The notes under the pieces were generated by a model that was not told the origin of the DNA, made no database searches, and saw only the letters and a list, made by a program, of their open reading frames with translations. This document shows, in pieces, positions 62,242 to 64,000 of a DNA stretch of 64,000 nucleotides (position 1 is the stretch's first letter; each line of letters starts with the position of its first letter). This DNA is from Balanoglossus misakiensis (taxonomy: Eukaryota > Animalia > Hemichordata): NCBI GenBank assembly GCA_040954595.2, contig CM082584.2, forward strand, positions 1,226,281 through 1,290,280, read 5' to 3'. The translations under genes and the position numbers were made by a program.

Positions 62242-62852
62242 TTTGTAACAACGTCGCCACCTAATACTGTACTGGAGGTATGAACTTAAACTTGTAACGA
62301 CGCCGCCACCTAATACTGTACTGGAGAGATGAAGTTATTACTTGTAACGACGCCGCCACCTAATACTGTACTGGAGAGATGAAGTTAATACTTGTAACGA
62401 CGCCGCCACCTAATACTGTACTGGAGAGATGAAGTTAATACTTGTAACGACGCCGCCACCTAATACTGTACTGGAGAGATGAAGTTAATACTTGTAACGA
62501 CGCCGCCACCTAATACTGTACTGGAGAGATGAAGTTAATACTTGTAACGACGCCGCCACCTAATACTGTACTGGAGAGATGAAGTTAATACTTGTAACGA
62601 CGCCGTCACCTAATACTGTACTGGAGAGATGAAGTTAATACTTGTAACGACGCCGCCACCTAATACTGTACTGGAGGGATGAACTTAAACTTGTAACGAC
62701 GCCGCCACCTAATACTGTACTGGAGAGATGAAGTTAATACTTGTAACGACGCCGCCACCTAATACTGTACTGGAGAGATGAACTTAATACTTGTAACGAC
62801 GCCGCCACCTTATACTGTACTGGAGGGATGAACTTAAACCTGTAACGACGCC
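62242..62852. repeat. 50-bp minisatellite, ~12 copies
   Basis: Unit CTTGTAACGACGCCGCCACCTAATACTGTACTGGAGAGATGAAGTTAATA, head-to-tail with no spacers. Confidence 0.95.
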
Positions 62853-63039
62853 AGATGATGCTCCTGTGACCAGAGGGATGAACGACGCCATGATTTGTTG
62901 ATCTGATCTAATTAATAATATTCATTCTTTTTTTTCAATAGGTTCATTGGTATTATCATCGCCGGAGGGAGTCTAATCAATATCTACAACAACGCCGCAC
63001 CAGATAACAATATCAAAACCAGAGGGATGCTGTCAATAG

Positions 63040-63212
63040 GTTAGGCTAATAAAAATGGTTTAATCTGAGGGAATGGTAAAGGGTTGGTGTATGAATATGT
63101 TAGGGTAATAAAAAATGGTATAATCTAACGGAATGGTGAAGGGTTGGTGTATAAACAGGTTAGGCTAATAAAAATGGTATAATCTAATGAAATGGTGAAG
63201 GGTTGGTGTATG
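63040..63212. repeat. ~59-bp tandem repeat, 3 copies
   Basis: GTTAGGCTAATAAAAATGGT.TAATCT...GGAATGGT.AAGGGTTGGTGTAT at 63040, 63099 and 63159. Confidence 0.85.
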
Positions 63213-63634
63213 ATGACTAATAAGACATTGTGCACAAGGGTACTATAATAAAACTGTCTGCAAGGGTATAATATTATGGTTTCAAGGGTATGATAAGTAA
63301 TTAAAATACTATAAAAACATGAGTAATGCCACGTGGTAAATAAAAACTGTACATGTACAGAGGGTAAATACCGGTATAATATATAAAGGTGTTAACATCA
63401 ATGGTGTAATAATAAAAAAATGGGTAACACATGGTTTTGGTGGTATAATAATAATAAAATGGTATTAACTTGATGGTATAAACATTATGGGATGTGTATA
63501 AACGGTGTTAATATTACAAAGGTATAATGATTAGTTGGGGTGTAATAATAAGAAATTTAAAATCATTGGGTAATTTATTAGTGTCAGGTTGGGTAAAATA
63601 ATTGTTGCTATGCATTCGTGTAATAATTGTCTGC

Positions 63635-63832
63635 GGATTTTTTGCAGCGTTACCCGCGTTCGCGTTCTTCATTGCAGGTCGCTCGTCATGTAATGGAATT
63701 TCGCCGTGTGCCCGTTTGATTCGCCGATGGATTTTTTACAACGTTACCCGCGTTCGCGTTCTTCATCGCAGTTGGATCGTCGTGTAATGTAATTTCGCCG
63801 TGTGCCCGTTTGATTCGCCGATGGATTTTTTG
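63635..63832. repeat. ~94-bp CpG-rich tandem duplication
   Basis: CGTTACCCGCGTTCGCGTTCTTCAT...CCCGTTTGATTCGCCGATGGATTTTT occurs twice. Confidence 0.85.
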
Positions 63833-64000
63833 CTTTCGTCATCGTAATTCCCGCATCAACACGAATCCTCAATCTCGCGTAACAACAATACATCAAAATG
63901 TACACAGAAAAATAGGAGTCGACAAGACAATTCTGGTTAGTTTGAGCCCCAACCTTTTAAAATTCACAACGGGGGAGGGGGCAGTTTTTCCTCATTTTAT

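Larger units (their letters stand above)
42365..63039 (+). ncRNA. Putative spliced transcript made of paralogous mini-exons (probably non-coding)
   Basis: Candidate exons 42365-42409 (donor GTAAGC), 42877-42951, 43504-43564, 48970-49044, 50221-50293, 62205-62277 and 62942-63039, with branch/polypyrimidine/AG and GT signals. No consistent ORF. That they form one transcript is inferred. Confidence 0.4.

Noticed and set aside
62242-62852. Possible CRISPR array
   Set aside because: Units are head-to-tail with no unique spacers, there are no cas genes, and the context is eukaryotic.

Overview
AT-rich, repeat-saturated eukaryotic DNA. It looks like a marine invertebrate (inference from the repeat types; the species cannot be determined). 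No intact host gene is visible. Bases 1-13441 are a 78-bp satellite array with a ~1.23-kb higher-order repeat. It is interrupted by an apparently intact 5.3-kb tyrosine-recombinase retrotransposon (Ngaro type, minus strand: A1-gag/RT/RNH-YR-B1-A2-B2), whose YR looks to be expressed by in-frame splicing from gag. Downstream are an intron-containing piggyBac pseudogene, Kolobok- and Harbinger-type MITEs, an RTE-X-like LINE split by a solo LTR, L2/CR1 3' fragments, a ZNF862-like hAT remnant, an orphan last exon of UBE2J1, nested fold-back elements and many Helentron/HINE-like repeats. A segmental duplication and other blocks (42-63 kb) carry a series of paralogous ~73-75-nt mini-exons with strong splice signals but no consistent reading frame.
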